DNA of 64,000 nucleotides from a virus (lineage: Duplodnaviria > Heunggongvirae > Uroviricota > Caudoviricetes): IMG/VR virus record IMGVR_UViG_3300005613_000041, positions 11,239 through 75,238 of that record; one strand, written 5' to 3'. Shown here piece by piece: positions 1 to 12,100 of this stretch. The notes below the pieces were generated by a model. That model had not been told where the DNA came from. It saw only the letters and a list, made by a program, of their open reading frames with translations, and did no database searches. Made by a program: the position numbers and the translations under genes. The first letter of the stretch is position 1. The number at the start of each line of letters is the position of its first letter.

Positions 1-687
1 CTTACTAGTGATGATAGAGCTGATAAATTATATGATAGTATGTCTAGTTTACCTAAAATGCCTAATTATTATAACTCTTATGGTAATAAATCAATTAGAA
101 AACTTCAAGGAATAGGTGAAAATATTAAAGCACAAAAAACCAATGCTTTAAATGAACTTAAATCAGGATTAAGTCAAAGTAGATTACAATCTTCTGCTGA
201 AATTAATTCTTTAGGAGGTTCTCTAAACACCAGAAGAGCTATGAGAGCGCTAGCTGATAGATCTTACAATAAATCATTAGCTTCTGGTATGAGTTCATTA
301 GAAGACTCTGTTATGGAAAAAATGAGTCAGTTAGGTTTAGCTGAAAGTAATATATTAGCTGATAGAGATAAGTTAGTAGGAGATGCTAATGAGAAGTCGT
401 TTATGATAGACCTTGAAAACAAAAAGCAGGCATTAACTGGATATTATAATATGAAAGAACAGGGTGATGAATATATGATACAAGGACTTGGAAATCTAGC
501 TCAAACTATGAATGCCAATGATAATAATAAAAAATTCTTGGATGTTCTTAGTACATCAATGAATAATACACCTACAGGTATCTTAGATTCATCTGTGTCT
601 TCTAGATCATATCCTTATGATCCTTGGCAATTCTTAAATTATAGTATGCCGAATTCAGCTGGTTTAGAACTAAAATTACCTTTTTAG
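1..687 (+). CDS. Virion-module protein of unknown function, 5'-partial; the ORF is open to the window start
   Basis: ORF 40..687; the same frame has no stop back to position 1; sits in the plus-strand structural block. Confidence 0.4.
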   Translation, partial: LTSDDRADKLYDSMSSLPKMPNYYNSYGNKSIRKLQGIGENIKAQKTNALNELKSGLSQSRLQSSAEINSLGGSLNTRRAMRALADRSYNKSLASGMSSLEDSVMEKMSQLGLAESNILADRDKLVGDANEKSFMIDLENKKQALTGYYNMKEQGDEYMIQGLGNLAQTMNANDNNKKFLDVLSTSMNNTPTGILDSSVSSRSYPYDPWQFLNYSMPNSAGLELKLPF

Positions 688-824
688 CAGAAGATTCCCA
701 AAGGTCATATGACAATCTAGGATCTTCATCGAATAGTTATTTAAAAGGATTTGATACTTTAGGTGATACTATTGGAAGTATAGAATCTAATAATAATTAT
801 AATATACTATCAGGTGGTAAAACT

Positions 825-1187
825 ATGGATTTAGAATCCATGACAGTAGATGAATTAATCAATTCGCCAAATAAAAGGGCTATGGGGAAATATCAAATTA
901 TTCCTAATACTCTTAAAATGTTAAAAACTGAATTAGAATTAACTGGGAATGAAAAATTTGATCGTAATCTTCAAGATTCACTATTTAAACATTTAGCTTA
1001 TAAAAGAGGATATAACGAATATAAATCTGGTGATATAACAGCCGAAGAATTTGCTTATAATCTTTCTAAAGAATGGGCAGCACTTCCTAAAAATTCTTCT
1101 AATGAATCTTATTATGAAGGTCGATTGGGAAATACAGCTCTTATTGGATGGGATAATACACTAGAATTAATCAAAAACTTATTTTAA
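825..1187 (+). CDS. Small SLT-like lytic transglycosylase domain protein
   Basis: 'DLES' catalytic Glu-Ser followed by 'AMGKYQIIPNTL', resembling the SLT consensus GLMQ(I/V)xPxTA; motif-level only. Confidence 0.4.
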   Translation: MDLESMTVDELINSPNKRAMGKYQIIPNTLKMLKTELELTGNEKFDRNLQDSLFKHLAYKRGYNEYKSGDITAEEFAYNLSKEWAALPKNSSNESYYEGRLGNTALIGWDNTLELIKNLF

Positions 1188-1189
1188 AC

Positions 1190-3097
1190 ATGGTAAACTT
1201 ACAACCAATAAAACCTGAAATACCAAAAGAAGCTCTGATGTCGCTTGTTGCTAGACAAGAAAAAGCAACTGATGTCGGACTAGGAGCTATAGGTAAAATG
1301 AATACATTAATCGGAGGATTAGAAGTTTCAGAAATAAATAATCCTAAATTTCAAGAATATGTCAATACATATAACAATAAACTAGATCAATATACTGAGT
1401 TACTGTATACCAATCCAAATAAAGCTGTTACAGCTGCTAGAGAATTACAAATTCTTGGCAATCAATTACTTCAAGATGCTTCATCAGGTACTATTTCTAA
1501 GTTTACTAAACCTTATGCTCAATACAAAGCATGGTTAGGAGATGTTAAAAAAGATAAAAATGTATCTAATGAAGCATTTGCACTTGCTAATCAATACGCA
1601 CAATCACAATTTAATTTACTTAATGAAGATCCTTCAGCCCAAGTGAATGTTTCACCTAAGTTATTTAATAAACCAGATATGATGGAACAAGCACATGATG
1701 TTTTATCTAAAGTCAAAACAGATGAAAAAGGTGGTTATATAGATAATGAAAGAATTAATACACTAGTTGATGAAATATTTAGAAACAATCTTGACAATGT
1801 TAATTATTATCAAATGTTAAATAGTTTTGATCCAGAATCAACAGAGATAAATGAACAAAGATATAATGATGAAGTTGAAGCTGTTAAAAGACAAGCGAAA
1901 CTTGTATATAGTAAATCAGCTAAAAGAGAATCAGATTCAAATATTGGACTACCAGTAATACATACCTTAGAAAAAAGAGGTGATGTTCCTAATTTACAAT
2001 CAGAAAGAAAAGAACTTATTGCTAAAGGAGAAAAATTAACTAGAGACTTTTTATTAGCATCACAAGCTGGCCAAACTCAACAAGCTCAAGCAATAGCTGA
2101 TCGTTATGAAGATTATATGGTGGATATAAACAATATTACAAATCAAATAGATTACTTTAATGAACAAGCATTGTCTCAATTAACACCAAGTGAACAACTA
2201 CAATTAATTAATCCTGAAACTAAGAAATTGAGAACTGATGCTGAATTTAATGAGATTGATAGAAACTTAAAAACTGATGCAATGCCTTTTCATTATGGTT
2301 TAAATACAGGGATGTTAAATACAGAGATGTTAAATACAGAGATGTACAATAATCCACCAGTAATTAAAGCGTATGACAAGTTTAAGAAAAAAAGAAAGCA
2401 GTTAATGGAAGAATCTTATCAATCTAGTACTAAACTTTCAATTATACCTACAAAAGAAATGTCAGAAAAAGTATCAGAATCAGTACTTTATTCATTAAAA
2501 GGAGCAGAAGTACTAGACTCTAAAGGTAGATTAATCAAAGAACCAAATTTTGATACAGATGAAATCGAAGTTAAAAGTATATCAAGTGGGAATTCTGGGA
2601 ACATTGATGTTGAATTTACACATGGTAAAGATACATTCATAGCTAAACTTGGAGAAAGTAGATCAAAATCATTAGCTGAATCAATTACGAATAGTGAATA
2701 TGGTAATGATGCAACAACTTTTGCTGAAGGTATTTTAAATAACACTGTAAGAATTTATGATCAAGTAAATACAATAGGTGCTCCAGTTGGTGGTAATTAT
2801 AAAGGACCAGCAAAAATTATAAGTCTAAAAGGAGCTGGTACAGATGGTAAGCCAATTGACTATAAATTTAATATTGTATTAGGATCAAATAATAATTATA
2901 TTATAGAATCTTTAACTAGAAATGGAGAAGTTATTAATTTACCATCCGATGGGATTAATATATCGACTGATGTTAACAACATGGGAAATAATAAGAATGC
3001 TAAAACAGCTCTTGTACACACATTAACAACTCTTGTTCAAACAAGAACACCTGAAGTTTTATTACAAGAAATAGCTAAGTACATCAATATTAAATAA
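1190..3097 (+). CDS. Virion/tail-associated protein of unknown function (635 aa)
   Basis: Long ORF with phage-typical low-GC codon usage; contains an internal 15-nt tandem repeat (GMLNTEMLNTEMYNN). Confidence 0.5.
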   Translation: MVNLQPIKPEIPKEALMSLVARQEKATDVGLGAIGKMNTLIGGLEVSEINNPKFQEYVNTYNNKLDQYTELLYTNPNKAVTAARELQILGNQLLQDASSGTISKFTKPYAQYKAWLGDVKKDKNVSNEAFALANQYAQSQFNLLNEDPSAQVNVSPKLFNKPDMMEQAHDVLSKVKTDEKGGYIDNERINTLVDEIFRNNLDNVNYYQMLNSFDPESTEINEQRYNDEVEAVKRQAKLVYSKSAKRESDSNIGLPVIHTLEKRGDVPNLQSERKELIAKGEKLTRDFLLASQAGQTQQAQAIADRYEDYMVDINNITNQIDYFNEQALSQLTPSEQLQLINPETKKLRTDAEFNEIDRNLKTDAMPFHYGLNTGMLNTEMLNTEMYNNPPVIKAYDKFKKKRKQLMEESYQSSTKLSIIPTKEMSEKVSESVLYSLKGAEVLDSKGRLIKEPNFDTDEIEVKSISSGNSGNIDVEFTHGKDTFIAKLGESRSKSLAESITNSEYGNDATTFAEGILNNTVRIYDQVNTIGAPVGGNYKGPAKIISLKGAGTDGKPIDYKFNIVLGSNNNYIIESLTRNGEVINLPSDGINISTDVNNMGNNKNAKTALVHTLTTLVQTRTPEVLLQEIAKYINIK

Positions 3098-3109
3098 AAT
3101 TATTTATAA

Positions 3110-6100
3110 ATGGACAATAAATATACAATACCTGTAAATACTGGGATAGGTGGATATAATATAGACAATGAAACAGTAGCTGAAGTCACTAGACTTATTC
3201 CAAATGCTACAACAGAATCATTAGGATCACCAAATCTTACTATGAGACTTGCTAATGCTCAACCTTGGCAAGAGAAAGCTCTAAAAGGTGGATGGAACTT
3301 TGCTGTTAATGCTCTTGGTATGGGATCAATGATGGTTGGTTCACTTGACCCAAGAATGTTAGTTGGTGCTGTTAGTGATACAGAAAGAACGTATTCAAAT
3401 TTCTTTACTGAATTCGGTAAAGAATTTATGGAACAAAATCTTGCTACTATCTATGAACAAAATCCAGGTAGTGTAAATTTTACAGATCCAGGTTGGTGGT
3501 TTAATAGAATTGGTGATACTGGAGCTATTCTTGGTATTGTTGGTGAGACAGCTTTGGAAACAATTGCTTTAGGTGGTATTGGTAAATTAGCAACAAGTGT
3601 AACAACAGGTGCTAGATTAGCTCGTATTACATCCATGATAAATAAAGTTAGAAATACTAGAAGTTTAGCTACTGGTACATTTGCTTTTTCAGGTATGAGA
3701 GAAGCTGTTCTTGAATCTAACGATGTATTTGAATCAACATACGAAAGTCTTAAAAGATCTGGAATTAATGAGGAAATGGCTAGAGAAAATGCCGCACAAG
3801 CTGCTGCTTTTAGCTTTAGGGCTAATGCTATACCTAAAGCAGTTTTAGGCGCTCTACAGGCTCGTATGATGACTTATTCACCACTTGTAGGACTTAAATC
3901 AGCTGATGTTTTAGATGAAGCACTAAGTAAAATCCAATCACCATTAAAAAGAAATCTAACCAGAATTGGACTTGAAGGTGGTTCTGAAGCTTTTGAAGAA
4001 GGTTATCAGTCAGCTATAAGCGGGTATGCAGCATATAAAGCAGATCTTATGAGTGATCTTACTAATCCATTTGAAGTTAGTAACTATATGAATATGTCAG
4101 ATATATTTAATAGTGCTTTTGTTGGGTTCTTAGGTGGTAGTACTTTAATGCCAGCTGTCGGTGCTGTTATGAATAAAGCTTTAGGTCGTTCTAAAGATCC
4201 TTATAAAGAAATATATGATCAAAATATAACTGCTGGTAATGGTATTAAGCTTGAAATGATGAAAAATCTTTCAGAGGCTATTAAAAATGATGATAAAAAA
4301 ACAATTGACAGAATACAATCTGAATTAAATGGTTATAATGTTCTTGAAGCTATCTGGTTAGATAACGTAGCTGGTAAAGATGATGCATTATATTCAGACT
4401 ACATGAGCTTTTTAGATAACACGTTAAAGAGTATCCAAGAAAACAACAGTGAAGAACTTTCAAAAATTGGCATTGATGAAAATACCAATCTTGAGGATAT
4501 TAAAGGTAGATTCTTAGAATTCAAATCTGATGCAGAATTTATTAAAAGTGTATTCGAACAGGAATCTGAAGAAGCCAATATACATACAATTAAACCAATT
4601 GTAGGTATAAGAGTATCATTAAAACAACTAGATGAAAGAATTGCTGATGAACAATCTGATCTTCAGAAAATAAAAAGTGAAAATGAATCTATTGGTTTAT
4701 CAATTGAACAAAGAATTTTATTTGATTCAGCTACCGAAATAGAAGCTTTAAAATATACTATTTCTGACTTAGAAACTATTTCTAATAGAACTCTTAAACC
4801 AAATGTAAGAAATAAGTATCAAAAAATTATTGAGAATCTAAAAAAAGAATTAACTGAAAAAGTAGAAAATTTTGAAGGAAGGGTTGTCAGAGATAATAAA
4901 TATAAGAAAGCAGTAAATCATGTAGCCCATATAAAATTTTATGAAGCTACTAAAACTATTAAAGGTCAAGAACTAGATGAGTGGAGAGATAGTAAAAAAT
5001 CTAAAGAAAAAGTTAAAGACATGTTTCAATCTTTAGTTGATAATGCTAAAACTAAAGAAAGTGTTGATAACATTAAAGAAGCTGCTCAAGAAACTAATAA
5101 TCCTGAAATAATTGATGCTGTAGAAGAAGCTGCTAGTAATAAAGTTGAAGATACTTCTAATCAAGCTAAAATTAAAACTGTTGAAGAGTTAAATAATAAA
5201 GCTGAAAAAGAAGTAGTTTTTCAAGATCTAAAGAAGGAAGCTGAAAAAGTTGAGAAACAAGAAGCTAAAAAGAAATCAGAAAGTAAAGATCTAAATAAAC
5301 CGATAGTGGTTGATTCAATGGATGATCTTGCTGATGATTATTCTTTTTATCCGGGTGAAAAATCTACATTAGATAAATCTGCTCTAGAAAAAGTTAAATT
5401 TTCTATGAGAAGACTTTCTTATAAGATTAATTCTAGAACTCCTTCATTTAAAGAAGCTATTGAAGAACTTTTAACTGATATCGATTATGATAGAGTTAAA
5501 AGCATTTACCATATTGCTGTAATAGGTTGGGAAGAAAATATTAAAGAAGATCCGAATAGATACAAAAGATCGAATTATCAGGAAATCTATGATAATTTAT
5601 TTAATAGTAATAAAGAAATCATTAGTGAATTAGAAAGTGTTCTTGGTTCTGAAAAAACTGATAAAATTAAAAATAAAAAAGAAGAAACAACTCCACCTAA
5701 ATATATCCTAAAAGGAGCTACTAGTAATTACGAAGGTTCTCAACTTTCTTTTGTGGCTGTTAGAAAAGAACAAATAGTTACAATTGATGAACAAGGTAAT
5801 GTTATAGTCAATTGGGAAAACATAAAGGATGCTTCTATATTTGATAATGAATTTTTATCTAACAGTAAAGATTTAGCTAATCCAGATAAATTTGGTATTG
5901 GAACAGAATTAGAAGCAACTATTCATCCACAACATAAAAAGATTCCAGTCAAACTGTATTTTGATGAACTATTTGATATTGATAGTAACAGTACAGATTT
6001 CAGAAAAGGTGTAAGAATAATTTATTTTGTTAATAATAAAGGAGAAAGAATACACAGAACACCTACTTTTTCTGAATATGAAGAAGGTGTAACAATTACT

Positions 6101-9100
6101 TATGAAAAACCTAGTAGTAGAAAAAATAGTCAAAAAGAAGGTATACAAAGTGAAAGTAAATACATAAAATTTGAAAAAGATAGTGAACTTTATTGGGATT
6201 ATATTCCTATTGTAGTATATGAAAAAGGAAATACACCAAATGATGGATTAGCTTTTTTACATGTACCAAACTGGAATAGTAGATTTACGAAGTCAAATTC
6301 TAGTTTTGACGAAAATGATGCTGGTTATATAGCTGAGGAAGCTTATAAAAGAGATAAACAATCTAGAAGTGCTGTAAGAGAAGCTTATGAAAATAATAAA
6401 GCAGCTACATTTAAAATTACTAAAAAAGGTAGTGGTAGTTATGAACAGTTAAGATTACCAGATGAGAATTATGTTACTTTAAGAGAAGGTTCTAAAGATA
6501 ATAGTCTTTTAGGATTTATATATAAAAACAATAGTATCAATGTTATAAAAGATGGTGAGTTAATTGAAAATGTTACTCCTCAAAGTTCAGATTCTAAAAT
6601 CTATATTGATGCTGAAGATATTACAACGGATTCTTACAATAATAGATTTTTCGAGTTAAGGAAAGTACAAAATATTGAAGGAAAAGATGTTTACTTACCA
6701 TTCTATGTAAAAGAAAAAGACATTACCGAAGAAGAATTTGATTCTATTTTTAATGCTATAAATCTTTATCTAAGTTCTAATAGTAATAGAAAAAAGATTG
6801 ATGAAATTGCATCAAAGTCAAGATTAGATATCTCTACACCACAAGGATTATATGAGTATCTATCATTATTTATTAATGTTAACATGAATCAATCTGATGC
6901 TGTTATTAAAGTAGTTAACTTTGATAAGTCAGGAAAAACTTATGGTGATATAAAAATTGGTAATAAAATATATAAAAAAGGTTCTCTTGTAGACAGAAGT
7001 GTTTTTACTGAAGCTATTAATTCATCAAGAAAAGGATTGATGAGAAGAACTGACTTTAAAGGAATGCTACATGATACTCAAGTTCTTCATATAGATAATA
7101 ACTATGGTATTAAAAGTGTTAATACATATAGTGAATATTTAAAAGATCATTTATTAACTGATATTGTTAATTATAATGTTGGTACTGAGGATAATCCAAT
7201 TTATACTCCGACTATCCAACCAGTAATAGGTATTGTTCCCGAAAGTCAAGTAGATATTAAAACTCCTATAGATATAAAAGATGATTATGTAAAAGAAGTT
7301 AAAGAACAACCTATTGTAAAAGATAATGTTGTAGTTGAAGATCTTTCTGAAAAAGAAGCTAAGATTCAAAAAGCTTTAAATCTTGTAAGTCTTATTGTTT
7401 CTTCTGATGAAAGATTAACTTATCAGATTGGTGATATCAGTCAGTATAATGCTATTTCTATAGGTCCAGAACAAAGATTAGAATACATAAAAGAACTAAA
7501 TTTAATTCCAAATTTACTTCCTTTTGAACAAGAAGAAATAGTAAGTAACATATTTCATCAATTAAATTATCATATTAAAAATAGTGATATTGATAGTTTA
7601 ACAAAAAATGATATTAAAAACATCATTCAAAATATTATAGCTGATGAAGTTGGTTCAAAACTAAATGAAGTAATTGACAGTATTGAAGAGATAACACAAA
7701 TAGCTGATGAATTTGACTTTACAAATCTTTTAAGTGATTTAAATTTAGCTAAAGATAAACTTTCTTCAATTATAGATAATTCAGATAGAATTCTAGATCT
7801 TGTTAATGATAGATTAATATCTATGAAAACTATAGTTGACAAAGAAGAAGATTCTGAACATGTTTATGACAAAGGTAAAGAAGAAGTCAATATGAAAGAT
7901 CAAGCTAGTTTTGAAGTCAGAAAATTCTTTCAAAGCATTATGGACTTGGATAAAGACGGTAATGAAAAAATAGGTTTTCTCGGAATGCCCGTATTTGTAG
8001 ATATGGATAGAGCATTTGATGTGGTAACTTCACTATCAGCAGATCTTGGTTCTAATTATCATTTTATTATTGATAATCTTAAAAAACATCATATTGCTTA
8101 TCCTTGGTTATGGTACGAAGGTAAAGAAGATGAAAGTTCAAGTTCTATAGAAGAAAAAAGATCTAAAACCTTAATTGGAAGAATTGAATCTACAAAAAAT
8201 GGTGATAAACTGTCTTCATTTCAACATCAGTTTGTTTATCTAATGAACAAACACTATACAGAAATGAAAATGATTTTGATTGACAAGTCTAAAGATGAAA
8301 ATCTAAAGGTGTATGATACTAATTCTTTATCAGCCAAAAGAGCATTGGTTAACGAATGGCATAATAATATTAAAACTTCTAATCTTGTAACTTATACTAA
8401 TGATAGAGAATATGTTTTTGTTAAAGAAGAAGCTCAAAAATTACTAGATGAATTTAAAAGTTTATTTAAAACACCTAGTAGTAGAGAGATTAATTCATTA
8501 TTTAATGAAGATATAGAATCTTTAGAAGAAGGAACTTTTGAAATCAAGGGTAAACGTTTCATGGAATTAAAAAAAGCCATGAAGAATAGTAATTCAGATA
8601 GATATCTTATTAATGCCAGAGGTAATAAAAATTTCTTAGCTGTTAGAAATGATAATAATACTGTTACATTAAGTAGAGTCGAAGGAACACATGATATTGA
8701 TAGTGTTCATGAATGGACTAAGAAATTTGGTATTCCACTTTCTAAAGAATATATACAAGAATTATTCAACAAAGGTGTAACAACTTATGATAAGAAGTCT
8801 AGAAAAAAGGTAAATAAAAAGTTTAAGGAATTATTTAATTATAATACTAAAGCAAATTCTTATGGTGGTATTTTTGGTTATTTAGCTTTAGAACTTGAAA
8901 AAATAGTTGCTTCTGAGAAACCTATGTTTTTTGGTATTGGAAAAGATATATCTTTAAATAACTATTTAATTTTAAAAACAGCTCAGGAAGAAGCTAAGTA
9001 TACTCCTGCTAAAATTATTACATCTTGGAGAGATGGTAAAAAAACTATTTATGGTTACACAGCTACGAATTTTATAACTGATAGAGTTAGAGGTTTGAAA

Positions 9101-12100
9101 AATGGTAATTCTATCAAGATGTTAAGAAAAGCATCATTTAATAGTCAGTCTGAAATACTAAATAAGCTTGAAAATAATTCTTCATTTAGAAAAGCTTTTA
9201 ATTCATTTATTCCGGGTAAAACATTACTTAAACAGATTGGTTCTAAACCATTTGGAGAAAATGATTTATCGAGTCTTTCTGATGGTGATCATGAATATGC
9301 TAAGATCGGATTTTTCCAAAGTGTTCAGGGTAAAGAACTTAATTCTCCAATTAAAGTTACTGTAGATGATAGTACTATCAAGTTACCTACAAGAATGACT
9401 AATATGTTTGGACTTACTATGTCTGATAAAACAGCTATGGAAATTTTTAATACATTAGCTTTAGATTTACATGACATTGATTTTGACATTGATGAAAATA
9501 ATATCAGTATTAAAGAACATATAGCAGAATTTCTTTATCAACAAGTAGTAAAACCTGAATTACTTAGAGTTGATGAATTCTTTAGAGCACCAAAATATAA
9601 TATTAAAGGTTACAATGGTGGACAATTTTATTTAGTTCCATCTATTAACAAGTTAGAATTTGAATATGATGGTAAGACTCATGTTCTAATTGACTATTTA
9701 AAAGATAACAAGTTAACAGAAGATGTAGAAAAAGTTATTCAACCATTAATACGTTCTGAAGTTAAAAGATTAGTTTCTCATTTAGTAGAAAAAAAATTAG
9801 ATTCTTGGAAAGCCACAAACATCATTGAGGATAAAGATCATAATTTAAACAAGAAATATCTTGAAAAGTTTAGAGATAAAAAAGTTGAACTTGCAACATT
9901 TGATTATGTTATAAATTATATGTGGCATAATGCAGAAATGTTTAAACTTTTTGCTGGTGATCCTGCTAATTACTTCAAATTAGATAGTAAAAATTTAAAA
10001 CAAAAATCAGTAATTGATTGGACTTCTGAAGATTATATTAAAGCATCCAAAGAAACATTTATTAATGTTGGTAAGAGACTTGCTTTACTAAGTGCTCCCG
10101 GAAATAAATTATCAAATAGTGAAGGTGATTCATATATCCAATTATTTATTGAAGACAATGAATCAAAAGCTTATATGTATGAAAAACTAAAAGAAGAATT
10201 TGGTGATGAAATAGCTAAGCATTACTTATCAGCTAATGAGACTGATGCTCAGGAATATACTACATGGGAAGAACATCTTGATATTCTTACTCGAATGGGA
10301 AGAATGCAAGATTCTCTAATAGATATTACTGTTGATGATATTGAAATAGCTCGTACTATATTTAGTAAAGTAAAAGATTTATCAAAACTTTCTGTTAGAG
10401 AAAGATCTGCACTTACTAAAGTATTACAACCTATCAAACCAGTATATACTGGACAAATGTATGATAGTAAACATGATATAGTAAGAACTGTTTATGTAAA
10501 ATCTTCTAGTTTTCCATTAATTCCACAACTTACAAAAGGAATGGAACTTGATAAGTTAAGAGAATTGATGACTCATATTCAAGAAACTAAAGGTATGAAA
10601 GTTAGAGCTTCTTACCAATCTGCTAATAAAGTTGGAGCTGTTAAAAATCCTATTAATCTTGTTGATATAAACAGTGAGGAATATAGATTTAATGATATTT
10701 TAGGAAGTATCAAAGATAATCAAGAAGCATTGGATAAATTACTTAGTGACAGTTCATTAGTACTTAACAGAGATAATTTTAGAATCCAGCAAGATGTTCC
10801 TTACAAATCTGCTAAAAATAAACATGAAATTACTCAAGGTACACAGCTAGCTAAGTTAATATTAGGAGATGGTGTATTAGAGCTTACTGATTTTGAAAAT
10901 GGTAGAGATGGTAAACAAATCTATACAGCTTATAAAGAAATCTATAATGACATTTATGAAAATAGATTGGCATTATTAAATCTAGATTTCAGTACTGTAG
11001 AATCATTACAAGAAGTACTTTATGCTGAAGCTGATGAAAGAGGTTATACATCACAAGATAAAAAATATCTTGAATTAGATAATGGTGGTAACTTTAAAAT
11101 TTCACCTGCTTATGCTCCTAATGCTGATAAATTTGAAGCATTACTTCAATCTATTATTAATAAGAGAGTAATAAAGCTTAAAATACCTGGTTATTCATTC
11201 GTAGTAGGATCAGAAGCTGGTATTGTAACTAAAACAATAGATGAGTTAAAAGATAACGATAAAAATAACATTGTATGGATAGACGAACCTATCACAGGAA
11301 GAAAACTTGATTCTCATGAAATATTAATTCCTTCTAAATTAGTTCATCCAAGAACAGGTAAGTTAATTGATTTATTAAATGATGGATATGCTGAAATAGC
11401 AAAAAATTCTAATGGTAAAACTTATTGGAAGTTAAATAAAGAAATGGTAGATGAAGATTTATTAAAAGTAATATCATTTCGTATTCCAACATCAAAACAT
11501 AGCTCTATGTCACTTGATAAAATTGTTGGATTTTTACCAGTTGAGTCTGGTGATCTTATGATTGTGTCAAGTGCTAAAACAATTATGAAAGGACTTGATT
11601 TTGATGTTGATAAAGAAAATACTTATTCATTTTATACTGACTTTGATGAAAATGAAGTATTAAAACCTGTTCATAAGATTGCATCTTACAATAAAGAAAA
11701 ACTATTGGAAGAATTACAATCTGAAAAAGATAATGATAAGATTAAAGAGATAAGAGAAAAATTACACAAAGTAAACATTAATGAACTCATTAGTATACAA
11801 AGAGAAGTTCTTAATCATCCTAAAGTTCATGAAAAAACACTTGAAGTTCTTGATACTAATGATATAGAAACTCAGGCTAATATATTTGATGAATTAATAA
11901 ATAAAGATGATTCTAACTTTACACCATTGTCTGACGAGTATCAGAAACAAAAAATGTTGACAGGTGCTTCTGGTAAGTTAGGTACTGCTATTTACTCGAA
12001 TGATGTTACATTCAATAGTATTATTCAGCAATTGTACTTAGATAATCCTGATTCAACTATTTATAGAGCTTTAGGACACATAAACATTGGTGGTATCGCA

